64,000 nt of DNA from the human T2T-CHM13v2.0 reference genome, Homo sapiens, in assembly GCF_009914755.1 (NCBI RefSeq), contig NC_060928.1; one strand, written 5' to 3'. The first letter of the stretch is position 1, and each line of letters begins with the position of its first letter. A program made the translations under genes and the position numbers. Shown here one piece after another: positions 45,869-60,482 of this stretch. The notes under the pieces were generated by a model. The model was not told where the DNA came from. It ran no database searches and saw only the letters and a program-made list of their open reading frames with translations.

Positions 45869-45942
45869 GGCCAGGCACAGTGGCTCACTGAACTCCAGCC
45901 TGGGCAACAAAGTGAGACTCCGCCTCAAAAAAAAAAAAAAAA
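45869..45942 (+). mobile_element. Collapsed Alu (first ~20 nt joined to the last ~40 nt plus A tail)
   Basis: GGCCAGGCACAGTGGCTCAC joined to TGAACTCCAGCCTGGGCAACAAAGTGAGACTCC, followed by an A-run. Confidence 0.85.
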
Positions 45943-47636
45943 GTAGAATATTTGCATGTGGTTGAAGTTAAGTGTTATCTACATTAAACTGACCGTTACA
46001 ATTATAAAATATTTTATGTAAGCTCCATAGTAACCACAAAGTAAATCTCTGTAATAGATACACCAAACATAAAGAGAAAAGAATCAAAGCACACTACCAC
46101 AAAAAAATTATCACATCATACAGGAATATAGCAAGAGAGGAAAAAAAACACAAATGAACTACAAAACAGTCAGAAAAGAATTAACAAAATGACAACAGGA
46201 CAAGAAAAAAAGATAAATCCTTATTCTGAACTTATTCTGAAGTGTTAACATGCACAAAATTCAAAACAAATAAAATGCATTTTTTTCATTTAAAGAAATG
46301 CCAAGCAGAAGTGCAGAAGTGATGTCAACAAGATGGCAGAATGGAAGCTGCCAGCACTTGTCCACTCACAGAAATCAATTTGAACAATCATCCATGCATG
46401 AAAAAAAACATTCTCAAGAGCTAAGAAATTCAAGTGAGATATCAGAGCACCTGGGTGACACACAGAATAAGAAAAGACGCACTGAAGAGAGTAGGAAAAA
46501 CAGTTTCACAAAACTTGTGTCAACCCTCCCTCAAGCCTGTACAGCATGGAGAGAGATAGCCATTGCAGGCGGTAAGGAGAGTGAAGTGAGTACTCAGTTT
46601 TGCCATGGACGCTAGCAGCATGTGTACGCCAGTGAATCCTAGCACTAGACCAGCCGCAGGCACCAGGTCAACACTGGTGAACTCTGACTCTAGGCTAGCC
46701 TCTGTAGCCCGAAGATCCAAGCCAGTCTCCACAGACTGATGACGTGGGCCTGTCCTCCAGACTCAAGTTCCAGGCTTTCTCCAGCTCTAGGCAAGTCACT
46801 GCAAACTGAAGCTCCAGGCCTGGCCCAACAGCAGACAATCCCCCATGACCCCAGGTTCCAGACTGGCTCCTGTGGTCTCAGGCTCCAGGCTAGGCCCCAT
46901 AACTCCAGGCCCACACCAACATCAGCCCAGCCGATGTGGCCCCAGGCACATCACTGCACACCAAGGCTCCAGGCTGGACCCTGGGGCACTAAGCTCAAGG
47001 ACCACAACTGAGTCCCCAGGCTCCAGGATCATGAACCCAGGATCCAGGCCCATATTAGCATCAGGCCAGCCCATATGGCCCCAGGTGTGTCCCTGCAGAT
47101 CAAGGCTCCAGGCCTATCCCAGTTCCAGGCTGACTCTCACAGCCATAGGTTCCAGGCTAGCCTCCAGGGATCTAGTCTTCAGGCCTACTCCAGCACTAGG
47201 ATGGTCTCCGTGGATCCAGGTGCCAAGCCTGCCCATGTGGATGCAAACTCCAGTCCAGGTCCACTCAGTGGACACAGGCTCCAGGCATAAACCTAAAGAC
47301 ACAAGCACTCAGCCAGACCCTGTTTCCAACACAAAGGATGACAGAGTTCATCAACATTAGACCTGCTTTACTAGAAATGCTAAAGGAAGTGCTTAAAATG
47401 GAAACAAAAGGATGTTAATTAATAGTATGAAAACATACAAAGAAACATAAAACACCCCATAAGGTGTAGGAATATAGTAAAATTCAGAATATTCTTTTAT
47501 TGTAATGGTGGTGTGTAAAACATTTAAATCTATATAAAAGTTAAAAAACAAAAGTACTAAAAATATCTATACCTACAATAATTTGTTAACAAATCCACAA
47601 TATCAAAAGGTGTACAGTGTGACACCTTTTTTGTCA

Positions 47637-47972
<336 letters not shown>

Positions 47973-49109
47973 AGTCAGGGGAAGGGAAGTGTAGAATTTT
48001 TGCATATGGTTGAAATTAAATGTTATCTGCATTAAACTGACCATTACAATTATAAAATATTTTATGTAAGCTCCATAGTAACCACAAAGTCAATCTCTGT
48101 AATAGATACACCAAACATAAAGAGAAAAGAATCAAAGCCTACTACCACGAAAAAATTATCACATCATACGGGAATAAAGCAAGAGAGGAAGAAAAACACA
48201 AAGGAACCACAAAACCATCAGAAAAAAATTAACAAAATGACAACAAATGTCCTTACCCATTAATAACTGCTTTAACTGTAAATAGATTAAATACTCCAAT
48301 CAAAAGGTATGGAGTAACTGAATGGATTTAAAAAACAGATCCAACTCTGTGCTGCCTACAGAGACTGAGTTTAGCTTTCAAGGCACATGAAGGCTGAAAG
48401 TGGAGAGATGCAAAAAGATATTCCACGCAAGTGGCAAACAAAAGAAAGTAGGATATCTACAGCTGTATCAGACAATAGACAATTTGAGTCAAAAATTGTC
48501 ATAGAAAGACAAACAATGTTACTATATAATGAAAAAGTGGTCAATTCATCAGGAGAATTAACAATTGTAAATATTTATGCACTCTAAGTCAGATTACCTA
48601 AGTATATAAAGCAAAAATTTACACAACTGAAGGGAAATAGACAATACAATAACAGTAAGGAACTTTAGTACCCCACTTTCAACAATGGATCATCCAAACA
48701 TAAAACATCAATAAAGAAATATGGTATTTGAACAATATTATAGACCATATAAACTTAACAGACATATACAGAACATTCTATCCAAGAGCAGAATATACAT
48801 TCTTTCCAAAGCACACAAAACATTCTCCAGGTTAGATATTATTAGGCTACAAAAAAAGTCTCAACAAATTTAAGAAGACTAAAATCATATAAAATATATT
48901 TTCCTATCACAATGGTATAAAATTAGAAATCACTAACAGGAGAAAAACTGGAAATTTCACAAGTATGTGAAAATAAAACATACTCCTCAAAGAATAATCA
49001 AAAAGGAAATCACAAAATATCTTTTAACAATGGAGACTAAAAAAAACAACATACCAAAACTTCTGATATTCAATAAAATCAGTTCTAAACTAAGAGTTTA
49101 TAGTGATAA

Positions 49110-49849
49110 TGAGGTGGGATAGTTCCCTTGACCCTTGAAGGTGTGGCTCCCTTAGTCTGCAGTGCTCAAATCCCTTATGGGAGGGGGAGCATGCAGGTGA
49201 GCATGTGCAAGGGCTGGGGCGAGTGCCTTTGGGCACTGGCAGGAACGAACCCTGTACAGGCCCCAGCAGCGTCAGCGGTTGCCCGCAACCTCTGGAGCCC
49301 CAAATGGCGTGTGCTACAGCGTGCTCTTTAACATTGCTGTCCACGGATTGCGTAAGTGTTAAACAGCTCACTGGAGAGTCAGTGTGACAGCCTCATGCAC
49401 CCATACCTGGGTCCTTGTCTGGTACCCAAGAGGAATGAGGTCACATGGACTTGAAGGATGGTGAATGCAGAGATTTTACTGAGCGATGGAAGTGGCTCTC
49501 AGCAGGATGGGGAGCTGGAAAGGAAATGGAATGGGAAAGCAGTCTTCCCCTGGAGTTCAGCCGTCCCCACGCAAATTCCACTCCAACCATAGTCTCCAAT
49601 ATCTCCTCTCGACATTTAGATGCTTCTCTCTTCCCTCCTCTGCCGTGCTACTCTGCTCCTCTGCCACTGGAGTTTGGGGTTTTTATGGGAACAGGACAGG
49701 GGCATGGCAGGCCAAAAGGCAAAATTCTGGTGGGAAAATGGAGATGTGAAGTTCTAATTTAGGGCCATAGGTCTATGCTTGAGGGTGGAACCCTTGCCAG
49801 GGACCCCACTCTTTTCTATCTAGTGTTTCTCTGCTTCCTGTCTGTATCA
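49110..49849 (-). mobile_element. ERV1 solo LTR (LTR1/LTR28-like) nested in L1MA
   Basis: TG...CA ends and 4-bp TSD ATAA at 49106 and 49850; minus-strand start TGATACAGACAGGAAGCAG. Confidence 0.8.
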
Positions 49850-50685
49850 ATAAGTGCCTACATTAAGAAAAAGAAACATCTCAAATAAACAATCTAACTT
49901 TAATGATCAAGGAACCAGAACAAGAATAAACTAAGCTGCTAGTTAACAGAATGAATGAAATAATAAAGATGAAAGAATCAAAAAAATACACTAGACAATA
50001 GTAAAGATCAATGAAACTAAAATTAGTTTTCTGCAAAGATAAACTAAATGGTCAAACTTTTAGCTATACCCACTAAAAAGAGACTCAAAATTATAAATGA
50101 GAGAAGAGACATTGCAACTAATACCACAAAAATACAAAGGATCATAAGAGACAACTATAAATAACTACACAACAATTTGGATAACATAGAAAAAATGAAA
50201 AAAATTCCTAGAAATATACATGATATCAATACTGAATTATGAAGAAACAGAAAATCTGAATGGGCCCTCCCAATAACCCTCCCAATAAAGAAAATCCTAG
50301 GATCTGATCACTTTACTGGTAAATTCTAACAAACATTTAAATAAGAATAACTTAAAGTATAATAATAATAAAATTTTTTTAAAAAAGAATGTATGTCAAT
50401 CCTTCTCAAACTCTTCCCAAAAGCCAAAGAGGAAGGAACACTTCCAAACTCATTTTATGATGTAGTATTACCCTGATACCAAAGCCAGACAAGGACACTA
50501 CAAGAAAAATAATTACAGGACAATATTCTTGATGAACATAGATGCAAATATCTTCATCAGAATACTAGCAAAACAAATTAAAAAGAACAATAAAAGGTTA
50601 ATAAGGACTTATCCCTGAAATGCAACAATGGTTCAATGTCTGCAAAGCAATAATATGATATATCACATTAAGAGTGGTGATTTTG

Positions 50686-50970
50686 GCCGGGCACGGTGGC
50701 TCACGCCTGTGATCACAGGCAGGTGGATCACTTGAGGTCAGGAGTTTGGGACCAGCCTGGCCAATATGGTGAAACCCCGTCTCTACTAAAAGTACAAAAA
50801 AAATTAGCCAGGTGTGTTGGCATGTGCATGTAATGCCAGCTACTCAGAAGACTGGCAGGAGAATCACCTGAGCCTGGGAGGCAGCGATTGCAGTGAGTCA
50901 AGATCACACACTACACTCCATCATGGGTGACAGAGTGAGACTCTGTCTTAAGAAAAGAAAAACAAAAACT
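50686..50970 (+). mobile_element. AluS with a left-arm deletion
   Basis: TSD TG(G/A)TGATTTT. Confidence 0.88.
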
Positions 50971-52727
50971 GATGATTTTGAAAGTATACAATGATCTTAA
51001 ATGCAGAAAAAAATTTTGACAAATTTCACCATCTTGTCATGATAAAAAAAACAAATTAGGTATAGAAAGAATGTTCCTCGAAAAAATAAAGACCATATAC
51101 AATAAGCCCACAGCTAATATCATACTCAGTGATGCAGTGATGAGAAGCTGAAGCCTTTCCTTTAAGATGAGGAACAAGATCAGGATGCCCACTCTTGCCA
51201 TTTCTATCCTACACAGTACAGGAAGGCCTTGCCAGAGCAACTGAGCAAGAGGAAGTGATAAAATGCATCCAAATCAGAAGGAAAAAATTAAAATTTTCTG
51301 TTTGCAGATGACATGATCTTACACAAAGAAGTCCTTGAAGATTCTACCAAAATACTGCTAGAAATAATAAATAAATTCAGTTTCAGGATAAAAAAATCAA
51401 CCTGCAAAAATCAGTTGTGTTTCTATACACTAACAAGGAACTGCTTGAAAAAGAATCCAGAACTACAACCCCAATAACAATAGCATCAAAAATAAATAAA
51501 TACTTAGAAATAAATTTAACCAAGGATGTTAAAAATCTGTACATTGTAGACTATGAAATATTGATAAAACTACTGAAGACACAAATAAATGAAAATAATA
51601 ATACCTTATGTTCATGAGTTGAAACTAAAATTGTTAAAATGTCCATACTACCCAAATAAATCTTAGATTCAATGCAATCTCTACCAAAATTCCAATGGCA
51701 TTTTTCATAAAAATAAAAATAAATCCTAAAATTCATATGGAACCATAAGATAAAAGAATTCCTAAATCAATTTTGACTGGACGCATCACACTACCTGATT
51801 TCTAATATACCATAAAGGTCTACTAATCAAAATAGTATGGCCCTGGTATAAAAACAGATATATAGACCACCCACTGGAACAGAATAGAGAGACCAGAAAA
51901 AAAAAACACACGTTTATGGTCAATTGATCTCCAACAAAAGTATCAATCACATAAAATGATGAAATGACTGTATCTTCATTTACTGGTGTTGGGAAAATTG
52001 TTTTCCATATCCAAGAATATAAAATTGGCTCTTTATCTTACCCTATATGCAGAATCAACTCAAAAGGGATTAAAGACTTAAAAATAAGACCGGAAACTGT
52101 AAAACTACTAAAAGAAACATAAAGACAAAGCTTCTTGACACTGGTTGAGACAGTAATTTTTTTATATGACCCCAAAAGCACAGGCAATAAAAGCAGAAAC
52201 ATACAAATGGGATTGCATCAAACTAAAAAGCTTTGCAAAGCAAATCAACTGTATAAACAGACAATTTAAGAAATGAGAGAAAATATTTCCAAACCATACA
52301 TGATAAGGTGCTAATATCCAAAATATATAAGGAACTCAAATAATACAACAGCAATAAATAAGTAACCCAATTTAAAAACAAGAAAAGGATCTGAAAAGAC
52401 ATTTATCCATAGAAGACATGCAAACTGCTAACGCGTGTATGGAAAAATTCTCAACATCACTAACTATCAGAGAAATGCACATCAAAACTATAATGAGACA
52501 TTACCTCAGACCCATTAGGATGGCTATTATCAAAAGGACAAGAGATAATATTTGTTGGTGAGAGTGTGGAGAGAAGGGGTCCCCTTGGGCATGGTTGGTG
52601 GACATGTAAGTTGGTATAGCCATTATGGAAAACACTATGGAGACTCTACATAAAAATAAAAATATAACCACCATATGATCCAACAATCTCACTTCTGGGT
52701 ACACATTTAAAGCAAATGAAATCAGTA

Positions 52728-53224
52728 CAGGTTGACTATATCAGATTTGAAATGCTTGGGACCAGAGGTGTTACAGATTTCAGATTTTTTTTTTTATTTG
52801 GAATAGTTGCTTTACACTTTTGAGTATCCCTAATCTGAAAATCTGAAACTCAAAATTCTCCAAAATCCAAAACTTTTTGAGTGCCAACATCATACTCAAA
52901 GGAAATACTCACTGGAGCATTTCAGATTCTCAGATTAGAGATACTCAACTGGTAAATATAATGCAAATATTTCAAAATCCAACCCCCCCACAACAATAAC
53001 AACAACAAATCAAATTTCTATTTGACAAACCTCTGATCCCAAGTATTTCAGATAAGGAATACTAAAGCCGTACATACTTACGGGTTGAACATTCCAAATC
53101 TGAAAATCTGAAATCCAAAATTCTCCAATGAGCATTTCCTTTGAGTATCATGTTGGTGCTCAAAAAGTTTCAAATTTTGGAGTATTTTTAACTTTGGACT
53201 TTTGGACTTGGCATGCACAACCTG
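52728..53224. mobile_element. Tigger4a/MER46 MITE with a second copy nested in the opposite orientation (about 52815-53070)
   Basis: TA|CAGGTTG...CAACCTG|TA termini; internal inverted copy also bounded by TA. Confidence 0.8.
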
Positions 53225-54418
53225 TATCTCTTTCACTGTGGCACTATTCACAACATGCAAGATGTGGGATCAACCTAAGTGTAGATCATCAGATAAATAT
53301 ATTAAAAAATGTGATTAGACACACGCATACAGTGGAATATTATTGAGCCAAAAAAGGGAGATCCTTCCATTCATGGCAATATGGATGAACCTGGAGTACA
53401 TTATGCTAAGTGCAATAAACCAGGCACAGAAAGACAAATACAATACTGGTTAATCTCACTTATATATGGAACCTAAAAAAATCAAACTCGTAGAAACAGA
53501 GAATAATGGTGTTGTCACGCACTGGGGTGTGGGGGAAATGGGGAGTTGCAAGTCAAAGGGCACAAAGTATCAGTAGATTGAATAAGTTCTAGAAATCAAA
53601 TGTGCAGCATGGGCAATATAGTTAATGATACTGTATAGTATGCTCGAAATTTGCTGAGAGTAGATCTTAAATGTTCTCACCACACAAGGAAAATGGTAAG
53701 TATCTGAGGTCATGAATATGTTAATTAGTTTGATGGTAGTAATTATTTCACAATGTACACATAAATCAAAACATGACATTGTATATCTTAAATATATATA
53801 ATTTTTATTTCTTATGTATACCTCATTAAAGCTGGGAAGGAGGAAAAAAGAAAGAAAGGGAGAGAAAGAAATGCCAAGGAACAGAAAAGTTAGCTACTGT
53901 AGAGTTTAAGTAGAGTGGTTGCAATCTAGTACCTGATTCTCATCTTCACAGAAATTTATTTTCTTTCAACTTATGCAGGATTGTTTTGGTTTCAGATGAT
54001 CAAATCATAATGTGCAAACTTACAGTTTTAAACAACAGGATGATTTACTGCTAGTGCTTACTTACTCCAGTAGTAAAGCTACCTATTTCCGTTAAGTAGA
54101 CAGTAGGACACCAAATTGCCAATGGCGTTAGTTTGGTGGGCTTTAAATAAGACTTAAAAATATTTTTTTGATTGTTGACTCTAGAACATAAGACACATAA
54201 TTAAATGTCCATGGAAACCAGAAAAATAATGGAAAAGTAGTAAATTGGCTGAGGATTTTCATAAAATTAGGTAGAAAATTTTTACACTTCAATGAAAATA
54301 TACATATTCTCTGTTCTTTTGCAACACATGAAATACGATGTCTATTTTTTAACTGATTTTATGTTCTACTCCAGATAGAAACAAGAAAATAGAAAAATAG
54401 TTTTCTACTGTTATAAGG

Positions 54419-54785
54419 TAGTATCGTTTGACTGTGTCCCCACCCAAATCTCATCTTGAATTGTAGTTCCCATAATCCCCACATGTCATGGGAGGGACCT
54501 GATGGGAGGTAACTGAATCATGGGGGCAGTTACCCCCATGCTGCTGTTAGTGAGTGAGTTCTCACAAGATCTGATGGTTCTATAAGGGGCTTTTCCCCCT
54601 TTGCACAGCACTTCTGCTTTCTGCTGTCATGTGAAGAAGACGTGTTTGCTTCCCCTTCTGCATGACTGTAAACTTTCTGAGGCCCCCCCAGTCATGCTGA
54701 ACTGTGAGTCAATTAAACATCTTTCCTTTGTAAATTACCCAGTCTCAGGCAGTTCTTTATAGCAGTGGGAGAATGGACTAATACA
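54419..54785 (+). mobile_element. THE1 (MaLR) solo LTR
   Basis: TGTGTCCCCACCCAAATCTCATCTTGAATTGTAG...CTAATACA with 5-bp TSD TAAGG. Confidence 0.9.
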
Positions 54786-57625
54786 TAAGGAAAATGCATA
54801 GTATAAGCATGATAAAAAATAAGAACTGACACTAAAGCTTCAATGTTGGGGAAAAATAAGCTATATTAAAAACCATGGTGAAGTAGCAAAATCATGTTCA
54901 ACTTGACTGTTGCCTTGCTGGAATTTGAGCTGGGCTTCTGGATCTAATTTTTTAGAAAGAAGCTGAGCATCTAGATTTCTAATTTAAAATATGTTCATTT
55001 TTAATAGACTTAATTTCTAAAATACAGTGTAGGGCAAACAAGACCTGGGGGCTATCTTTAGTCTATAGACTGCCACTTTGAGGCTTTTATCTAGAGGTAT
55101 GTTTTAGCCAAACAATGACTAAACTGAATTTCATGATTCAGAGAAAGCTGTACTTCCACAATAACTGGAAATATGTGCCCTCCTAATTCCCTTGTTCCAT
55201 CATTCTCTTTAGGCTGACCTGAATATTTCCTCTCTGACTCTGATTTTCCAGAATCCATGGACAGCTCATTAACAATCTCCTGTTAGACAGTCAGATCCAA
55301 CAGAATTAGTTAAGTTATGCTTTCCGTGATTCTGTTTCAGTCAAGATGTTCACGCTTTTGATATTTTCAATAACTCAAATAGCTGTTATTCTGTTATTCC
55401 CTTTCTGGAAAGTGCCCCCAAGTTTGCAAGTGTTTATCTTAAAACAAACAAACAAACAAACAAAAAACTAAATTCCCTTCTTGGCTTGGTTAGCAACACA
55501 TTTATAACCCGTTACCTTAGGGTCTGGTTCGTCTATCAACGGCTACTTTCAATCATTGTGTTGAATTTAAAATTTACCTGACCTTGTCTTCAAGTTCAGA
55601 GAAATTATACTCTCTGTCTGATTACATTTTGCTACAGTGCTTTAGTTTTATTAATTTTTTCATGCATGTCAGAAGATTTCCATTCTAAATATTTTGTGGA
55701 TAGTCCTATTATATTGGCATCAATGTAGGGGACGTGACTTTAAAGGGAAAGTGATATCTATCTTATCTATATATCATTGGTGGACTGTTGTGTATTCCCC
55801 CTATTTTCCATGTCTAAAGTGCCATTTGTTGGTACTGATGGCTATACAGAATTTACTAATACAGAGTTTTAATAATAAATAAAATTATTTATTTTTTTCT
55901 CTTTCTCTGATACCTACTTTACTCTTCTCTCATATCCCTATCCATTTTTATCTGGACCTCTTATATCCTCAAGTCTTATCACTGATGGGTCAATATGGTA
56001 GCTGATAATAAGCACTCTTGGAATGAAGGAATAACTGATCCTAGGGCTGATCTGGAATCCAAAAGGCAAACAATGTAAATGTATCAGAGATTTGACTAAA
56101 TGTGATTTACATTTTCACTATACAATTTTAAAGCAAGTTATTCACTCAAAAAATAAGGCACTGAATAAGAACACAGCTTATACTTACTTTAATATATAAA
56201 CAAAGATATGTTATTTAATTTTCAAATAGTTGATGTTTCCATATCTATGAAATAAAATTAGGTTTCTGTGGATTTTCTGTGGTCACATATATGAGACCTT
56301 AACTACATAATTACCTCAATTCTAGACATTGTAAGTGATACTGCTTGATACTTAAACATAAATTACAAGTATATATCATTTGCCAGTCAGATTCTTTAAG
56401 ATAATGACTAAGAAAACAGAAGTTATTTATATTCTTTATGAAACATAAGAAATATGACTTCCAGTATGTTATGAAAAGCATATATTATAAGGCAGTATTT
56501 TGCAAACCAGAGTATCAGGTTTTCTGGAGCCAAATTTTAGTGTTACGGTCATATGTTGTTAAAAGAATAATCTCTATTCAGTTTGGTGTTGTAACAAAAT
56601 TGCAAAAAGTCACTGTATTTTAGGATGACTAAATCTTTCATCATGGAAAACAGAATGCTCAGTTTTTAGACTTTTACATTTTCCTGAAGTATATGACACA
56701 TTACTGTGCACTACTTCCATTAGCAAAATCTTTTACTATTTAGTGATGAATAAGCTGTTTAAATGCTTTTGTCTAATTGGGTCATACCGCAATGAATATC
56801 CCCCTCCATTATGTATGGATATTATAAAAAGAAGCGTCTGAATAATGTCTTTTTCTCCACAATATAAAACCTATTACAGCAGCAAGATACACGGAGAGTC
56901 AAAATCTTCCATTACGTATGATGTCTACAAGAAGAGTAGATGGGGTTCAATGGGGCTAAAGTATTACAAATTAGAATAGGAATTTATAAGTAAATTTTGG
57001 TTAAACACAAAAAGAGGATTATAAATAATAAAGCTTATCGTATCGTATAAAGAAAGAGACTTTCTTATGAGGTAGTGAGATCGCTGTTATCTGAGGTGTT
57101 CAAAGAGGCCTGATGTCAGAAGAGAAATGCAAATACTGGTAAGACAGTCCCCAACGTTATTCCCAAGTTTCTATAAAAATGTGAGATGCCAATACTTGGC
57201 AATTTGAGAAAAGATGGAATGTTTATTTAAACTGAAGAATATTTATCTAAAGATATATTTATTGTGTATTAGGAATGCTCCTGTGCCCTGAAGATAAACC
57301 AGTAAATAAGACATACTTCCTGACAACAGACAATTACAGGCAGGTTGAAATGCATATACCATTGCTCCTATGAGTATGGGGCAGTGGAGGATTATCTAGT
57401 AGACAGACAAAGTCCATGCCTGAGATATGGGGAAAGTGGGGGTCTGCCCTAAAAAAATTCCTTTTAAAGGAATATGCATACAGTATTCCCAAACAGCAAA
57501 ATAATAATGATGGCAAAAATATAACTTTTTGAACTTTGTTTTTAACCATTTCCTGTTAAAATATCTGGACTATATCCTAATGGCCATAAGAGGTCACTAC
57601 AAACTTTTAAGCTGCAGAGTAGTTT

Positions 57626-57629
<4 letters not shown>

Positions 57630-57657
<28 letters not shown>

Positions 57658-57684
57658 CTGTGTGTCTGTGTGTCTGTGTGTGTG
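57630..57684. repeat. (TG)n/(TCTGTG) microsatellite
   Basis: Read directly from the sequence. Confidence 0.95.
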
Positions 57685-60482
57685 CATTAGAAAGAAAACT
57701 CTGAGCCATGTGAAGAGTGTCAGACTGGGAAGCAAGATACGCACTGTTGTAATAAACTCAGTGGGATATGATTAAGCGTGTAAAGTACTGGCAATGGGAA
57801 TTCAGAGAAGGGGAGAAGATCAAAAAATATCAGTCTCTCCTGGGTTTGGTGACTGGTTGGTTGCAAAGGAGAAAGACAAAAGAGTAATTAATAATCCCTC
57901 TTGGCTTTCTGTCTCCTTTCTTCAGCCATTTTATTTCAGCAGCTACAGATGGAACAATAAGATAAACCCTTGGGCTTCTCCACATACCCAGGAAGAGATT
58001 AGTAAAGATCATGAACCTCACCCCTTACTTACAACTTACAAAAGCAACATAGGATCTCCAACAGTTCTATCCCAGAGATTCAGGGCTTTTCTTGATCACC
58101 ATACACCAGCTAGTTTAAAGTTAAATGGTACAGGCTGTCCTCCTCCTTTTTACCTATGTGGCAAAACATCTAATTTGCCGCAGCTGGCAGTAAGATGGTT
58201 CTGTCAACATCTCAATTTCTTCTTACCATTTATGCCCTTCCATTGGATGCATACTGAATATAAATATGCTAAAGATGCAGATTAAACTGCTGCATCATCC
58301 AGAGTAAATGTAATATATATGTGTGTTAGTAAGCTCATGCCATGGTCATTAAGGCTTACCATATATGAAAGTAAGGATACTCAATGGTCTTTAAAATGTA
58401 TTTTCTAATACTGAAAACAGAATCTGGACCTTGAAACCAGACCAAAAAAATTCCATGAGATAAAAGGGGAGTAAAGGCCTGAATGAAATGCTTTTAAAAA
58501 ATAAATGGAAGAGTGATTGAATACAGTTAATATGGATAACTCATGAAGAATTTTGCTTTTATCAAAGAGCAGATAAGTGAGCCAGTAGCTATAGGGGAAA
58601 GTGGAGTGCCAGAGAGAGAGAGAGAGACAGGGAGATGAAGGCGGTGGTGGTGAGGAGAGAGTGAGTGTTAAATAATGGAAAAATAATAGCATGTATGCCC
58701 TCTGATGTAGAATTATCCAGTGGAGAGAGAGGAAACACCAATGTAGAAAAAGAAAAGGAGGAACTGTTAGGATAAGTCCTTTGACTAAACAAGGACAAGG
58801 GAATCTTGGGTATAAATGGGGGAACTTGCCTCAGAAAGGTACTCAGTTCATCTGTATTATAAGAAAGAAGGGAAGGTATGTAGTTATGAAGGCTGGCAGC
58901 AAGTAGATAGCTTCAGTTTAAGAAATGCATAGGATTGTCAAAATAAGAACCAAAAGACTAGGAAAAACAGAGTTATCATGGAATAGCTGGACATTGCAGC
59001 TGGTTCAGTCCTTAACTAGCCATGTGACATAAGGCAAATACTAAACTTCTTCATGCTTCAATTTCCTCAAAAATAGATGGAGATAACACTGGTGCTTACT
59101 TCATAAAGTTAAACAGATGGACCAAATAACATGATATATCTATCTTCTCCCAGGAAAATATAAGCTCCATGAAGGCATGGATTTCCATCTTTTTTTCTCT
59201 CTCTTTTAATTGTACTGACATGGTGTCTGGCATATAGTAAATATTTAATAAATGTGATCTATTATTATCACTACCAGCTCATTTTGACACCATCATTGGT
59301 TCAAAATGAAGTGATCCTTACCTTCACAAAGACAAAGAGCATTTTTCTTAACTGGCATGAGTCTGAAGGTGGGGAGGGAAGAGTGTGGAATGTGTGATTT
59401 GAAAATCAAATTCTGTGATAAGAACTTTGAAAATTTCAAGATTCTTTCTCAGAAGTATCCATGAACAAGGCTAAAACTTTTCCTATCACTATAATTTCTG
59501 TTGATAATTCTCCCAAAGGTAGTTAACCTAGTTCATATTACACAAGTGTCTCCTATACTCATTAATTTTCCTTTTTCAATATACAGTAACAATGACAATA
59601 ACATGTAGTCAGCAAACCAGGTTATCATCTGAACTCTCTCTGTTATTGGTATTTTCTTATGGTAACACTGCATTTCTAGGTAAATGCATGCAGGGTTTCA
59701 GTTTCATTATTTTTTATGACCAGTCAACCAAGATGTTCACTGACTAGTAGAACAAGAAAAATAAACACCGTATATCAAATTCAATTATGAGTGACCTACT
59801 TAAACAGCTTCCCACTGTTACATTCAAATTAAAAAATGTGCATTTGATGCTAATGTGTGAGATGAAGCATATAGAATCAGTAGACATTTTTAAATATAGC
59901 TTATGTCTTGCATGTATAATCACATCAGCTGATGATCCACTGAATAATTTGATATATCAATTAGTTCCATCAGTATTAAAGTATTTGCTAGTATTTTTAG
60001 CATCTGTTACTTCAGTGAGTAGAATAATCAGTGAAACTAAATTTTCACTGTAGTAATTCAATAGTTCATCTGCCTAGTTTATTAAATTGTTGGACTCCTT
60101 TAAAACAATAATATTTTATGTGGCAAATATGTGCTCCGATTCAATAATACACTGAGTTTTCATAAGTGTATGCATCTAAAAATACAATATAAAACAAATG
60201 TTAGTTGTTATTCTTGCAATTTAGATACTGAAAATTTTTACATTCATTGATACAATTCTTTTGACAAAGAGTGTGGCTTTAACTAAGAAGTCCTCAGAAG
60301 TCATTGACCTGACAATCCAACAAGTGTTTAATGAATAACCAATGTTATAGCTACAATTCATTTAAATATTACATGCTGAAGACTGTGATTCAAAATTTAC
60401 TTATATTATTACATTTAATTCTCAGGCAACCCAAAGAGGCAATGCTATTTCCAAATCACACATTGAGAATCTAATAGGCTTT

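Noticed and set aside
46690-47360. Overlapping Pro/Gly-rich ORFs (likewise 62755-63358)
   Set aside because: By-products of the GC-rich L1M 5' UTR array and the LTR12 U3 region.
57794-58285. 163-aa ATG ORF in mostly unique sequence
   Set aside because: No recognisable domain, promoter or splice context, and it appears to begin in decayed repeat-like sequence; likely a chance ORF.
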